DNA from: Naegleria gruberi
Taxonomy: Eukaryota
Assembly (NCBI GenBank): GCA_000004985.1
Contig: GG738847.1
Direction: 5' to 3' (one strand)
Length of the DNA stretch: 64,000 nt
In this document: in pieces, positions 1 to 11,093 of the stretch
Position numbering within the stretch: the first letter of the stretch is position 1
Layout of the letters: each line of letters starts with the position of its first letter
The notes under the pieces: generated by a model
The model's input: only the letters and a program-made list of their open reading frames with translations
Databases searched by the model: none
Told to the model about the DNA's origin: nothing
Made by a program: the position numbers and the translations under genes

Positions 1-1
1 A

Positions 2-409
2 TCAGGCGATCATCAATCTGTTGTAATTGAAGTTCCTCTTCCTTCAGTATTTGTTGGTAAATCAGTTCTCCAATTAGTAACATCGTGCTATCAACACAAT
101 TTGATATTATTAGCTTTGAGTCGAGTCAAAACAAACAATCCATCCGATAGATACGTTTACACAAATCCTTCGCTCTCTAAAACACTTGTACAAACCGATC
201 TAGTATTTCTGTGTGGACACAGAAACAATATCAAGAGTCTTGTTGCAACAAGAGGATCTATGGATCGCTTCTTTACAAGATCTTGGACAAGTAATAATCT
301 ATTCTCATCACCCATTTCTGATAGCTCAGACGATGAAGGTAATGATAATATTCAAGTAGAACGATTCAAATCTGAACAAGAGATAACAATTCAACAGGAA
401 GAAGTTTGA
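2..409 (+). CDS. 3' end (C-terminal tail) of an upstream Slo/BK-type K+ channel paralog. The CDS runs off the left window edge; stop TGA at 407-409.
   Basis: In-frame translation from nt 2 (SGDHQSVVIEVPLPS...LALSRVKTNNPSDRYVYTNPS...VFLCGHRN) is clearly paralogous to the C-terminal tail of the complete channel gene at 4862-5613 (AGDHQSVMIEIPLPS...MALSRVKVNRSDERYIYTNPS...LFLLGHRH). Nucleotide similarity between the two copies is also visible. Confidence 0.6.
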   Translation, partial: SGDHQSVVIEVPLPSVFVGKSVLQLVTSCYQHNLILLALSRVKTNNPSDRYVYTNPSLSKTLVQTDLVFLCGHRNNIKSLVATRGSMDRFFTRSWTSNNLFSSPISDSSDDEGNDNIQVERFKSEQEITIQQEEV

Positions 410-424
410 AATGTTTATTGTTAA

Positions 425-1760
425 TTAGTCCTGCTCGTGATATAATCTGAAAATAATTTCATCTTTAAGACTTTCTGGAAGTAAAGACAAATTTTCTTTC
501 CTTTCTGCAATTTGTTTCATATTGTATATTCCAAATTGAATCAGTTTTTCTTTGAGAACAATGGTATCATATTTCTCTAATTCATTTACAAGTGAAAAAA
601 AATTGTTAGTTCCAATTCTTAACTGTTTTATGCAAAAATCAGCAAGTCTTGGCATTCCATAATAGTGAGAGCATTTGAACACTGGAAAAACTAATCTTGG
701 AAATGATGAAATCAATTTTCCAATCTTTCCATAACATGATCTGATAACTATTTCATGTAATTTCTCGTCATATATACTAGTATCTATTTCTAGCACATTA
801 TTTTTCAATTCCTTAAATTCAGATCCACTATTGAAAAGCCCCTCAAAGAAAATAGAGCTTGAGGCAAGAATTGTTTTGTGACAATATAATATTTTCGATC
901 CAATTTTGATAGAAATGTCGCTTGTCTCTCTTTGATCGAATAAACTACTAATATTCCCTCTTTCGGTACCTTTTTCTTTCAGAATAATTGGCGAAAGTGG
1001 GAGTGGAAGTTTGGAAGCTATTAGTTGTAGATGTTTTTGAATTATTGGGAAGGAGAGTATTGTTGAAGTTCTTTTCATATATTCGGCTGCCATACTAAGC
1101 GAGTATTCAAACATTTGATCCAGTAATGGATTGTTAATTACTGAAATATCTTTAGCATTGGAAACAGTTTCAAGCATTTGGGCAGTACTTTTTTCATCTT
1201 TGAACGATGACATAAACCTGTCTATATTCACTCGTGTAATTTTGATAAAGCCATATCCTTTTATCATTCCCAGAACAACCAACAAATCAACTAAAGCAAA
1301 TGATCTTAATTGAGTAATATCCCTTTCATACATGATTAAATCAACTAATTCCTGAACTATATTTTGTTGATTCAGGTTTAACAATTTCAATACACGTTGA
1401 TTATTAATAACTGAATTATAAAAATCCAAATCCAATACTTTCAACACATATTTACAACATATTATATTGGTTCCCTCAATTAAATCTTGATCATTTCTAA
1501 AATTTATATTCCAACAATACAAATCTCTTCTTGACTTACTTTTTCAATTTAATTCCATTGGGAAATAATTTAGACAAAACATATTCATAAGTGTTTTCAT
1601 CAGCCAAGTGATTAGAATCCGTTGGTGCTGAAGAAGTGGACTCCCTCTTAGTATGCAATGAAACACGTCGTGTAATCCCATTCTTGAGACTTAAACGTTG
1701 TTTTACAATTCCGAGTGCTACTTTTTTCCTACGTCTTTCTTCGTGATGGTTTGCTGGCAT
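425..1760 (-). CDS. BTB/POZ-domain protein. Two exons: 1540..1760 and 425..1496, with a 43-nt intron at 1497..1539 (GTAAGT...TTTTAG).
   Basis: The C-terminal region carries a canonical BTB signature (IKIGSKILYCHKTILASSSIFFEGLFNSGSEFKELKNNVLEID). Exon phases are consistent: 221 nt in phase 2, then 1+1071 nt. The start ATG is the reverse complement at 1758-1760. Confidence 0.55.
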
Positions 1761-1796
1761 TCGCGTCTTTTTTTTTAAAATTTTTTAACTAAAACA

Positions 1797-1808
1797 TTTT
1801 GGCGCCAA
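1797..1808. promoter_or_regulatory. GC palindrome TTTTGGCGCCAA, an E2F-like TTTGGCGC core, in the divergent promoter between the BTB gene and the BK channel gene.
   Basis: GGCGCC is rare in this AT-rich sequence. The same TTGGCGCCAA palindrome recurs at 1988-1997, and a TTGGCGCCC variant lies at 22301-22309 upstream of LCB2. Confidence 0.3.
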
Positions 1809-1987
1809 CTGGTTCCAAGCAACCAAAAATCAACAATAATTCCTGGAATTGTATTACTTTCAACTAGCAAGAATAATTGTAAACTTAATCTTCTTTTTTT
1901 TCAAATTATTGATTCTTATTGGCTTTGTTCAAGTTCAGAACTGGTGTACTATCAATAAAGCAAAAAACTCTAAAAAAAATCTCTGAA

Positions 1988-1997
1988 TTGGCGCCAA
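1988..1997. promoter_or_regulatory. Second copy of the TTGGCGCCAA palindrome, about 30 bp upstream of the BK-channel ATG.
   Basis: Exact palindrome. It sits symmetric to the first copy within the 260-bp divergent intergenic region. Confidence 0.3.
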
Positions 1998-2022
1998 AAT
2001 CCAAGAGGTTCATTCAAAAAAA

Positions 2023-5000
2023 ATGTACAATAAGGCGTTTCAAATAACCTCAACAACGGAGAGGAGAACTAATGGCTCTCGTTCTCCCATTGAACATGAC
2101 AATAATACAACAGACACTAATGACTATCAGAAACATGCTCAAGAATTTAGGAATATGATTTTTCGGAAAGTTCAAAAGGAACAAACTGATGTTAATGGGC
2201 AAATAAGAGATTTGAATGAACGAGTGAGGCTGTCAGAGGGAGTACAGGCGATGGAAATAGAGGAAAAACAGTCTTTTTGGGATATAGTCAAGGACTTTTA
2301 TATTGATGTGGAAATCTTTCAAATGGTGTTATCAATTTTGACTGCCATTTTCTTTATCATTTCGACCTATATCCAATTAGATTTCGGAGAAAGAATGACA
2401 GCCCTTATTATTCTGGACTTGATGTTCTCGTTTATTTTCTCATTCTTCTTCTGGACCAATTTTGTAATGGCCAAAAACAAGTAAGTTGAAATTTGTAGAT
2501 TAGTTGAAACATTGAAACAAAGGAAATTATTCTTTTTTCTTCCCCTCTCGATATTGGACTATATCACAATTATTCCTGCACTCGTTATTAATTTAATAGC
2601 CTTAATCCCAGATGGTTGGGATATTGTCAGTGATGTTTACTCAATTGTATCCATTCTTAGAGTGTTTAGATTGTTGAGAATCATTCCTCACATTAAGAAA
2701 ATTGCACAAGGTGGAGGAGTAAACTCAGTATATATTAAAGTTGCCGATTTGGGACTTACAGTTGCTTGCTTGATGGTTATATTTACAGGAATTTTTCAGT
2801 GGTTGGAAAATTATTTTATGAATAGAGGAATTTACTTTCATGACGCATTCTATTTTATGGGAATTACACTCTTCACTATTGGATATGGTGATATTGTAAG
2901 TTTTAGAATGATAATCATAGAATATTAACATCCTGCCTAGTCTCCTTCACATTGGACATCGAGGCTAACTGTTCTTGTATTCTTCTTAATTGGTGTATCT
3001 CTCATTCCCATTCAAATATCCCAAATTTACGATATTGTCACTTCTGACAGAACTCTTTTTAGAGTTAAAAACTCAACAATTTCTAAACATACCATAATAA
3101 CAGGAAACTGTAGATTGGATGAAGTAATTGACTTTATTAAGGAATGCTTTCAGTACAAGAAAAGAACTGGTAACAAGATTGTTTGTAAGTATCAACCAAG
3201 TGGAATATCAATTGAGCCATATAGTACTATTTAAGGATAAGAAATTTTGTGAAGATTTAGAGGAAAATTTGAAATCGTTCTCATTTCTCAACAAACTACA
3301 TGTTCTACACGGAGAAATAATGGATTTTGAAGTTATGACCTTATTGAGAGTTGGGGAGGCTAGCAGTGTGTTTCTATTAAACAGTCCAAAATCTGATGAC
3401 CCTAAACAACAAGACACTAACGTAATTATGACAACAATCTCTTTAAGAAACTTCAATCCAAGGCTTAAAGTGTATGCCCAAATTAATTTATTAGAATCGA
3501 GAAGTTTGATACAAAAAGCTGGTGCTAAGGTAGTTGTTTGTTACGAGTCTGTTTGCTCAAAGATTATGTCGGCGTGCTCAGCTTCTTCTGTTTTTGGACC
3601 ATTCTTGTATAATCTTCTAAGTGGAGCAGATGTTAAGATTGACTATCGTAAAACTAAACATTATAGATTTTCAAAGAAGATATCTCCAGAAGAGAATGAT
3701 ATTGGATGGATTATTGAATATGCTGAGGGGCTATCATGTGAAATATATAAGGTTCACTTTAGCTCAGTGTTTTATGGATATTTATTCATTGATGTTGCTG
3801 AATTATTGAGAAGGTCTGCTGTTATTATTTTTGCTATTGAATCAAACGGTTTGATTTTTATCAACCCAGCAAAATATAAGATTAGAGAAGGTGATAAATG
3901 CTTTTGCATTGCTCCAAGTATCAAGTATGCAGAGATTGTCGAAAAATATGTCATCTCACAAAAGGATTTGGAAAATATCAAATCAAACAAGGTTGAGGTT
4001 GAAAGAATAGATTATAGATGGGGGTCAAAGCAAGAAAATAACGATATTATGGCTTTTGAATCTCATTTTGTTGATTTCTTACGTCAAAATGAAACCGTAG
4101 AGAAGGAGGAGCCAAAGAAAAAAGCAAGAAAACTCAAGCTCAAACCAAAACTTGATAATACCAAAAAACTCCTCAAAGCAAGAAGTGATAGAGTGGTAGA
4201 CATCCACCTTTTACGGCCAAAAGAGGACGATGAAAAAACTCATTTAGAAATCCTGTTGAAGCTAATTGCTCCTGAGAAGTATTTTAGAGAAAAGAGACAC
4301 TACTTGGAAACTATTAGGAAATTATATACAGGCGAACAGCTTTCTGAGAGAGAAAATAATTTCTATCAAACACTTTGTGATAATTATAACGTTTTGGACA
4401 ATGACAGACCCCAAGAAGAGTTCTTTATCAATAGCTATAAGGACATTGATTTAAAGGACCATCTCATTATTTTAGGAGATTTTAGACAACCTGAAATAAT
4501 TTGTTCAATGACAAGATCATTGCAAAGACATTATCGTTCAGTACCTATTCTTTTCCTAAGTGAAGGCTCAGACGACCAGGTTGAAACAATTTACAACAGA
4601 TTGAAAAAATTCAATTTGGTGTATTTAATAAGAGGAAGCTTATTGAATCATTCAGATTTATCAAAAGCTGGATTCGAGGTTTCCCAATCAGTGCTATATT
4701 TCACAACTGAAGAAGTTGATACCTCGACAAACTCATACAATGAGTACAAGGTTGACGCTGATGCGATCAAACTCTCACTCGAATTTTCAGTTATCAACAA
4801 GACTAAGAATTATGTTATTGGTATGTATTTTGGAATTAGCAATGACAATAACTCTAAATAGAACTTGTAAATAGGGCAAATATGAAATTTTTTCAACACC
4901 AAGGAATTCCAACCCATCTCAAAGTCAAAAAGCTAATGAGAGATCATGTGGTTGATTATGATTTGGATGATTTCGATCAATTTTGCTTATTTTCAGATTA

Positions 5001-5613
5001 TTATATCTCTGGAAAGATTTTCCCATCCTCTTCTTTCCTAAGTAAGCTGTTGGCCCAATCTTATCATAATAAGAGAATAGTAGATATTGTTGATCAATTA
5101 TGTTCGGATGAGTTTTCTGCTGGCGATCATCAATCTGTAATGATTGAAATACCACTTCCATCGTTTTTTGCAAACCAAAGTGTGCTCAATTTAATGACTG
5201 TTTGCTATGATTACAATCTTATTCTCATGGCCCTTAGTAGAGTTAAGGTTAATAGATCGGATGAAAGATACATTTACACAAACCCATCTCTAAAGTGTAT
5301 GTTAAAAGATACTGATGTGCTATTCTTGCTTGGGCATAGACACGATGTCAAAAGTATGTTGGCTGATAAGAAATGCAAAGATAGATTTTTCGAAAAATCC
5401 TGGACAAACAACATGCTTAACAGCGCAGGTAATCTAGGCTCCTCTTCCAACGGGTCAAGCAGTCAACCTAATGTACTAGCAGAGGAGGTAAAACCAATCC
5501 AAAATGAAGAACTAGAGAGGATGGGAACAGTATCCTCAATGCAAGTAGAACGATTCCATTACTCAGATTTTGAAAGCGATTCATCAAGTGACAATGAAGT
5601 ACAAGAAGTTTAA
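2023..5613 (+). CDS. Voltage- and Ca-activated K+ channel, Slo/BK family (S1-S6, pore, RCK1/RCK2, C-terminal tail). Five exons: 2023..2480, 2523..2895, 2941..3184, 3225..4820, 4862..5613.
   Basis: The S4 segment has a regular R/K spacing (SILRVFRLLRIIPHIKK). The pore signature is FTIGYGDI. An RCK1-like segment (HTIITGNCRLDEVIDFIKECF) follows S6. The C-terminal tail matches the BK tail (NLMTVCYDYNLILMALSRVK...YIYTNPS). Introns are 42, 45, 40 and 41 nt with GTAAGT/GTATGT donors and AG acceptors. All exon phases close to give about 1141 aa. The start context is caaaaaaaATG. Confidence 0.8.
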
Positions 5614-5623
5614 CTATTTATTT

Positions 5624-7609
5624 TCAATTTTCTTGATTTTTGGCAGCATCTGATAATTTCAAGTAGAGGTCTGTTAATGAATAAACTTGCTTTTTCTTGA
5701 AATTCTTTTTTTGATCCTTTGGAATGAATTCACTCATTAAATCTTCATCATCGTCTTGCTCCTTCTTTTGAGCATACTCACTAAAGAATCCACTCTTGCG
5801 CTTCTTTTCTGATCCTTTAGAAGCCTTTTGGTTTTCAAAGTTGTACAAATAATCCAGTATAGCAGAGGCACCCATATTCTGGATAGATGGTGATATTTCA
5901 CTTATTCTATAGTGCAAATCTCTCATTTGGTGACATTGCATTGCCTTTTTCACATCCCCTGTGATCAAGTATGATTCTTCTGCATAAATAAATGAAGTTT
6001 TGGATGGGATAATACCATGTCTTAAGCAATCTTCAAAAAAGAAAATACATCTCTCATAATTTTGTTGTCTGTAATAGTAGGAGCTCAGAGTTTTGTAAAT
6101 ATTCTTAGTAAATGGAACGCCCTCTCTTTTCATTTCAGCAATTGTTAATTCAAAAAGTCTGTTAGTAGAAAGTACCTCTCTTGGGAGATCATATGGTTCA
6201 TTGATTGGGTGTGTCTTTTCATCAACTTTAACTCCATGTTGCTTGTAGACAGACATTCTCTTACTTTGAGTGCATAGATATTTACGATTGCTGTCCTTGT
6301 AAAATCGGAGAAGAAGGTTGAAAAATCTGTCAGTATCATCCAATGAGGTTGGTTTGTCTGACATTGAGAGTAAACTATCTTCATCTAGTGGAATAGTACT
6401 ACTAATTTTACCTCTGGTTCTCGGTAACTCATACTTGTAGACAAGATTGATGAGTTGCTTTGCTTGCCTATATTTTTGGTTGAATAGATAAAACTCGAGA
6501 GAGTCACACAACATTCTTAGATATGTTCTATTGTACTTGTGGTTAGCAATCCATTCGTTTCTTTTCATTACAATTAATCTTTCAACTGCAGTAAGATCCA
6601 TATTATGGACAAATGACTCGAAAGTACATCTTAGCTTCAAATATTCTAAATATTTCTTTTCTTTTTCATCTCTGAGTTGCTGTCTTCTTTGTCTTTCAAG
6701 TTCTGATTCACTATCAGTAATTACCTGTCCTTGCTTTGTTTTTTCTGTATTTTCGTCTTTGTTTTGTTTGACCTCGTTTTCTGAAAGAGCTGTGGAAATA
6801 AATCCTTTTTTCATTAGGGCATCCATCTTATCGAGTAATCCTGGAATAGCATCCATTTTCCCCTTATTTGCATAGCACAAAATCAAGGCACGATAAGTAT
6901 CGGGAGTAATATCAATGGTTTGAATTTTCTCAAAAATCTTGTCAATTGTTTCAATTGGCATCTTTTTAGATATTTGCAAATTTTCACCAATAGCACGGAG
7001 GAACCTACTGTAAAATTCTCCTGTTCTTGCTACATCTGGATATTTTACAAAGAAAGAAAGGATTTTTGAGAGTTTTGCTGATTTTGATGATTTGAGGTAT
7101 TTCCTAAAAACATTGTCAATAGCTTCTTCAGTATTATTCATAACCAAAGGTTCCTTTTGAGTGATATCCTTTTGATATTTCTTCACTGCTTCCAAATATT
7201 CCACATTCTCCAAATCTTCACTCTTTGAAATTTTCTTCTTTCTATTCCTACGTTCAACAATATTGACAGTCTCCAAAACAAAGTCCTTGATAGAATCGCT
7301 GGTTTCAGGATCCCTCAACACTTGTTGAATTACATCCTCGGAATTTTGATGTAAACACAGACTAGTGTGATAGGAACGATTTTCGGAAACTCTTAAAATT
7401 TCAGCAACTACTCCATGACCAGAATTTAAACCTCTGTTAGAAGATGAAGCTACAATAGCAGCAATACCACCAGCAACAATCAAATTGTATCGATGATGAG
7501 AACCAAGAGAAGATGACAATATGAATCGCCGCAACATTTTTTTTGCTTTTTTAAAGCCTTTTCTGCAAATGGCGTTTTTTTTGTTGTTCATCAATTTAAT
7601 TTCAGCCAA
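5624..7609 (-). CDS. Helical-repeat (PPR-like) protein with a basic N-terminal presequence. Probably mitochondrial RNA-binding; function unassigned.
   Basis: 661-aa uninterrupted ORF. The N-terminus is R/K-rich and lacks acidic residues. Internal PPR-like units are present (TYRALILCYANKGKMDAIPGLLDKMDALMKKGF). There is no specific family match I can assert. Confidence 0.4.
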   Translation of the reverse strand: MAEIKLMNNKKNAICRKGFKKAKKMLRRFILSSSLGSHHRYNLIVAGGIAAIVASSSNRGLNSGHGVVAEILRVSENRSYHTSLCLHQNSEDVIQQVLRDPETSDSIKDFVLETVNIVERRNRKKKISKSEDLENVEYLEAVKKYQKDITQKEPLVMNNTEEAIDNVFRKYLKSSKSAKLSKILSFFVKYPDVARTGEFYSRFLRAIGENLQISKKMPIETIDKIFEKIQTIDITPDTYRALILCYANKGKMDAIPGLLDKMDALMKKGFISTALSENEVKQNKDENTEKTKQGQVITDSESELERQRRQQLRDEKEKKYLEYLKLRCTFESFVHNMDLTAVERLIVMKRNEWIANHKYNRTYLRMLCDSLEFYLFNQKYRQAKQLINLVYKYELPRTRGKISSTIPLDEDSLLSMSDKPTSLDDTDRFFNLLLRFYKDSNRKYLCTQSKRMSVYKQHGVKVDEKTHPINEPYDLPREVLSTNRLFELTIAEMKREGVPFTKNIYKTLSSYYYRQQNYERCIFFFEDCLRHGIIPSKTSFIYAEESYLITGDVKKAMQCHQMRDLHYRISEISPSIQNMGASAILDYLYNFENQKASKGSEKKRKSGFFSEYAQKKEQDDDEDLMSEFIPKDQKKNFKKKQVYSLTDLYLKLSDAAKNQEN

Positions 7610-7760
7610 AGATATATTCCTTCACCAATAATCTCCTCTTTTTTACATTGAGAATTGATAAGATAATTAATTTTAATATTTAATTGATGATCCGATGATG
7701 AATTGTAGATTTTAATTTCCCGCCATTTTCTAACGTGCTTCAAATACAATTTTAAAAAAA

Positions 7761-8378
7761 ATGGAATTTGATGGAAGAAGGGAAGTTCAAAAGACTTTGG
7801 CTCTAATAAAACCAGAGGCTGTTGCGAAGGGATATGAGGATGCAATTATGGAGAGAATTATTGATGAGGGATTTACAATTGTGAGGTGGGATAAGATGCA
7901 TTTATCTCAAGAGAAGGTTCAATTATTTTATAGGGAACACGAAGGAAAATCCTTCTTTCCAACACTTATTGAATATATAACGAGTGGACCTTTAATTGTT
8001 CTTGTTTTAGCTAAGCATAATGCTGTTCAAGCTTGGAGAGATTTGATTGGACCAACTGATGTTGAAATGGCAAAGATTTCCTTCCCTAGATCATTGAGAG
8101 CATTGTACGGAACAAGTAAAACTTATAATGCTTGTCATGGAAGCTCAGATCCAGAAGCAGCAAGAAGAGAAGTTAAATTCTTTTATCCAAATATCAATAC
8201 TGATCCAATACTTACTAATTCCGAAGCCAATCAATACATTAGAGAAAATTTAGAACAATATTTAGTGGACGGATTAACAAAGTTAGCAAAAGAAAAACCA
8301 ATCAATCCAGTTGATTGGTTAGCTCATTGGATCTTGGATAATAATCCTAATAGACCTAGAATAGAGATTGAAGAATAA
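7761..8378 (+). CDS. NME5: Nucleoside-diphosphate-kinase family protein with a C-terminal Dpy-30 motif (NME5 / radial-spoke NDK type).
   Basis: NDK fold motifs are present (ALIKPEAV...LVLAKHNAVQAWRDLIGPTD). The C-terminal Dpy-30-like helix is NPVDWLAHWILDNN. The length of 205 aa matches NME5, and the start context is aaaaaaaATG. Confidence 0.75.
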   Translation: MEFDGRREVQKTLALIKPEAVAKGYEDAIMERIIDEGFTIVRWDKMHLSQEKVQLFYREHEGKSFFPTLIEYITSGPLIVLVLAKHNAVQAWRDLIGPTDVEMAKISFPRSLRALYGTSKTYNACHGSSDPEAARREVKFFYPNINTDPILTNSEANQYIRENLEQYLVDGLTKLAKEKPINPVDWLAHWILDNNPNRPRIEIEE

Positions 8379-8551
8379 TTGAATTCACTCGAATATTATT
8401 GTAAATAGTCTTTAAAATACATTTGATAAATTGATGTTTCAATTTCAGAGATGATCTATGTTCACACAAAGTACTATGCAACAACTTACTTGTCATTAAT
8501 TTTCGTCAGCTCAACAAGGAGAAATAGTAATACATTAACTAATTAAAAAAA

Positions 8552-9187
8552 ATGTTTCCAATCCTCTTGGGAAGCCACTATAGAATGGTGCTTGGACCAA
8601 CAGCATCAAATCCTTTCAAAAAACTTGACACCCAATATTCGAGAGGAACAAATTATTGGTCACAAGATGCCAATGTCAGGTCGGTTATGGCAGACAAGTA
8701 TCCGAGTTGTGGAACAACAAAATCGTGTAGTTTGAGAAAAGTGAGTAGTAAAAAGATCGGAATCAAATACTGATCACATCTTTAGATTCAAGTTGCAAAT
8801 CCATTTACTGGACAAGTTAAAGTGTATCAGAATGATAATTATTACGCTCATCATACTGCATTTACTGAGTGGGTACTAGTTGGCAAACGAATTGGAGATG
8901 TCATTTCTGGAGATTTATTCAATGTGCCAGATCTTGTAAATTGTAAATTACAAATAACTGGAGCCACCAATTTTACTGGTAAATGCTATCATCCATCTGT
9001 GATGAAAATTGGAGAAACTAAAGTTCTTCTCAAAGCTGGAGATTTTGGATTTCAAAAATGGAGAAGACACAGAGATGGAGAAAGGAGAAGGAAACGAGTG
9101 ATGGGATGTTTTTTTGATCGTACAGTGGCATCAGTTTCTCTGAAATTATGTGAAAGGTGTGAAAATTCAGCGATTGATTACACCTGA
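8552..9187 (+). CDS. Hypothetical protein with two exons: 8552..8740 and 8786..9187, separated by a 45-nt GTGAGT...TTTAG intron.
   Basis: Joining ORFs 8552..8773 and 8822..9187 across a phase-0 intron gives one open frame. I do not recognise a family. Confidence 0.4.
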
Positions 9188-9325
9188 AAGAATTAGACGA
9201 AAGAAAAAACAATTACAAGATAGAATGAAGAGAAGTTTGAGGAGAAGTATGGAAAGAAAGGAATTTGAAAGAAAATATAAGAAAAAGTAATTGAAATTTG
9301 AATAATTGTAAAATATTTAAAAAAA

Positions 9326-11080
9326 ATGGCAAGTGACGAGACCTGTCATCATCATGTTGCGTTGACGTGTTCGGAAAAGATTATTCTCATCGTGATTAGT
9401 TTATTTACTCTCCTACTTTCGTCTGTTATTCTTTTACACGTTTCGTCTAGTAATTTCGAAACTATAAACGAAACTCTTGATCCACTTATTACCATCAAAT
9501 CTATTTTAACAGAAACCTTCTTCCGATTCCATGATTTTGTACTAGACAATACCAATTTCATTAATTTCCCATTCAATTTTTCAATTTTCACAGAATTGAG
9601 ATTTGAAAATTGGAAAATTCATGAAAATTCCGAATTGAATCCATTTATCATATTTCCAAAAGAATTAAAATACAATTATGAAAATGTGAGCAGAATAGCT
9701 GGACAGAAAGGAAATGGACCTAAAATAAGAAATGGTCATCATTGTCCTTATTTGGGATTTAGAAAGCATTCTCACTATCAATTGAGTCAAACTATTCTCT
9801 CCACTGTTTGCCATCAAAATATAGAGTACAAGCAGTATTGTAATGTAGAAGTGGTAAAGCAGGATTTCAATAAGAGACTTTCTCCACAAAGTTTGAAAGG
9901 ATTTAATAGAGATTCAAGAGTGAGAGGTCATCAATTTGCACAATGTTGTGATAATTTGGATTTTCAATTTAATTTCAAGAAGAGAATTGATGATGGCACT
10001 AAAATGGAAGAATTGGAAAGGATTATTCCTAAAGCTGTCTTGAAACAGCTTCATTCTGTATTGTTGATGAGTGATTTGGTTTCTTTTGATGATTTGGCGA
10101 GGAGAGTGGATTGGAATGCTTTGCATATTTTTGATTTCTTTCATGATGATAGGTCTAAAAAGAGAATATTGAGATGGATTCCTGAAATTCTTTATTCTGA
10201 ATCAAAATTCTTGGCTGCTCTCAAATTTGGTTTGTGGGCTCATCAATTTACCAAGTATGGAACTTGTGTTACAAATCAAATTTATGAAAATTATGTTGAT
10301 CAGGCATTTAATGTTGATAAATTTGTAGATGCAATGAGTGAAGTGATTGATAGAAGAATTGAGAATGAAAAAGTATGGAGAAGTGATCCAGAGCTTTACT
10401 TTGATTTAATGTATCTCTTACATAGGCGATTCGATTACTTTAGAAGGGATGATAAGGTATTCCTGAAACATTTTCCTCCCTCTCTCACAAAGACCTACAG
10501 GGTTTCAGATATCAAGGCTAAAATTTATGAATTGTTTGGTGATCAGGTCATGCTTTCGTGTGCCATCTCTCAAAATTATACCCATCCACTAGTGTACCAA
10601 TTTCACACATGTATGAAAGTGGAGGATGTCGAGCCATTGGCTTTCTACCTTATGGAAAGGAAAGAAAGATATAGGAATGGGGATCAATCCGTCAAGATTC
10701 AATCCCTAATCAAAGATACTCAGATGTTATCTATTTTGGATAAGGTAAAATCAGATGGTTGTTTGGTCAATCCACTATTTAACAGAACTGAATTTAATCA
10801 AAATTATTTCAATAATTATACTGATATGATTAATCATTTCAAGTACCAAGATGATCCCAACATTCAAAATGTCAATGAATGTAGTGATGAAGAGTTTGTT
10901 CTGATACCAGACACTGCTGAACTATTGAAAAGATTCAAAGAAGGTGAGGATGGGAAAATAGTAGAAGTGGACGAAAGTGAATTGGAACTAGCATTTGATT
11001 TTGGATTCTTAGCAAATGAAGTGGAAAATGTGAATCAAGAACAAGAACCAAATAATTCCGATACAGAATCCAATGTTTAA
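9326..11080 (+). CDS. Hypothetical 584-aa protein with an N-terminal transmembrane/signal-anchor segment.
   Basis: Single long ORF with start context aaaaaaaATG. An N-terminal hydrophobic stretch is present (IILIVISLFTLLLSSVILL). An internal motif KFGLWAHQFTKYGTC weakly resembles the RNase T2 CAS-II motif. Confidence 0.5.
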   Translation: MASDETCHHHVALTCSEKIILIVISLFTLLLSSVILLHVSSSNFETINETLDPLITIKSILTETFFRFHDFVLDNTNFINFPFNFSIFTELRFENWKIHENSELNPFIIFPKELKYNYENVSRIAGQKGNGPKIRNGHHCPYLGFRKHSHYQLSQTILSTVCHQNIEYKQYCNVEVVKQDFNKRLSPQSLKGFNRDSRVRGHQFAQCCDNLDFQFNFKKRIDDGTKMEELERIIPKAVLKQLHSVLLMSDLVSFDDLARRVDWNALHIFDFFHDDRSKKRILRWIPEILYSESKFLAALKFGLWAHQFTKYGTCVTNQIYENYVDQAFNVDKFVDAMSEVIDRRIENEKVWRSDPELYFDLMYLLHRRFDYFRRDDKVFLKHFPPSLTKTYRVSDIKAKIYELFGDQVMLSCAISQNYTHPLVYQFHTCMKVEDVEPLAFYLMERKERYRNGDQSVKIQSLIKDTQMLSILDKVKSDGCLVNPLFNRTEFNQNYFNNYTDMINHFKYQDDPNIQNVNECSDEEFVLIPDTAELLKRFKEGEDGKIVEVDESELELAFDFGFLANEVENVNQEQEPNNSDTESNV

Positions 11081-11093
11081 TGAGACATTCTTA

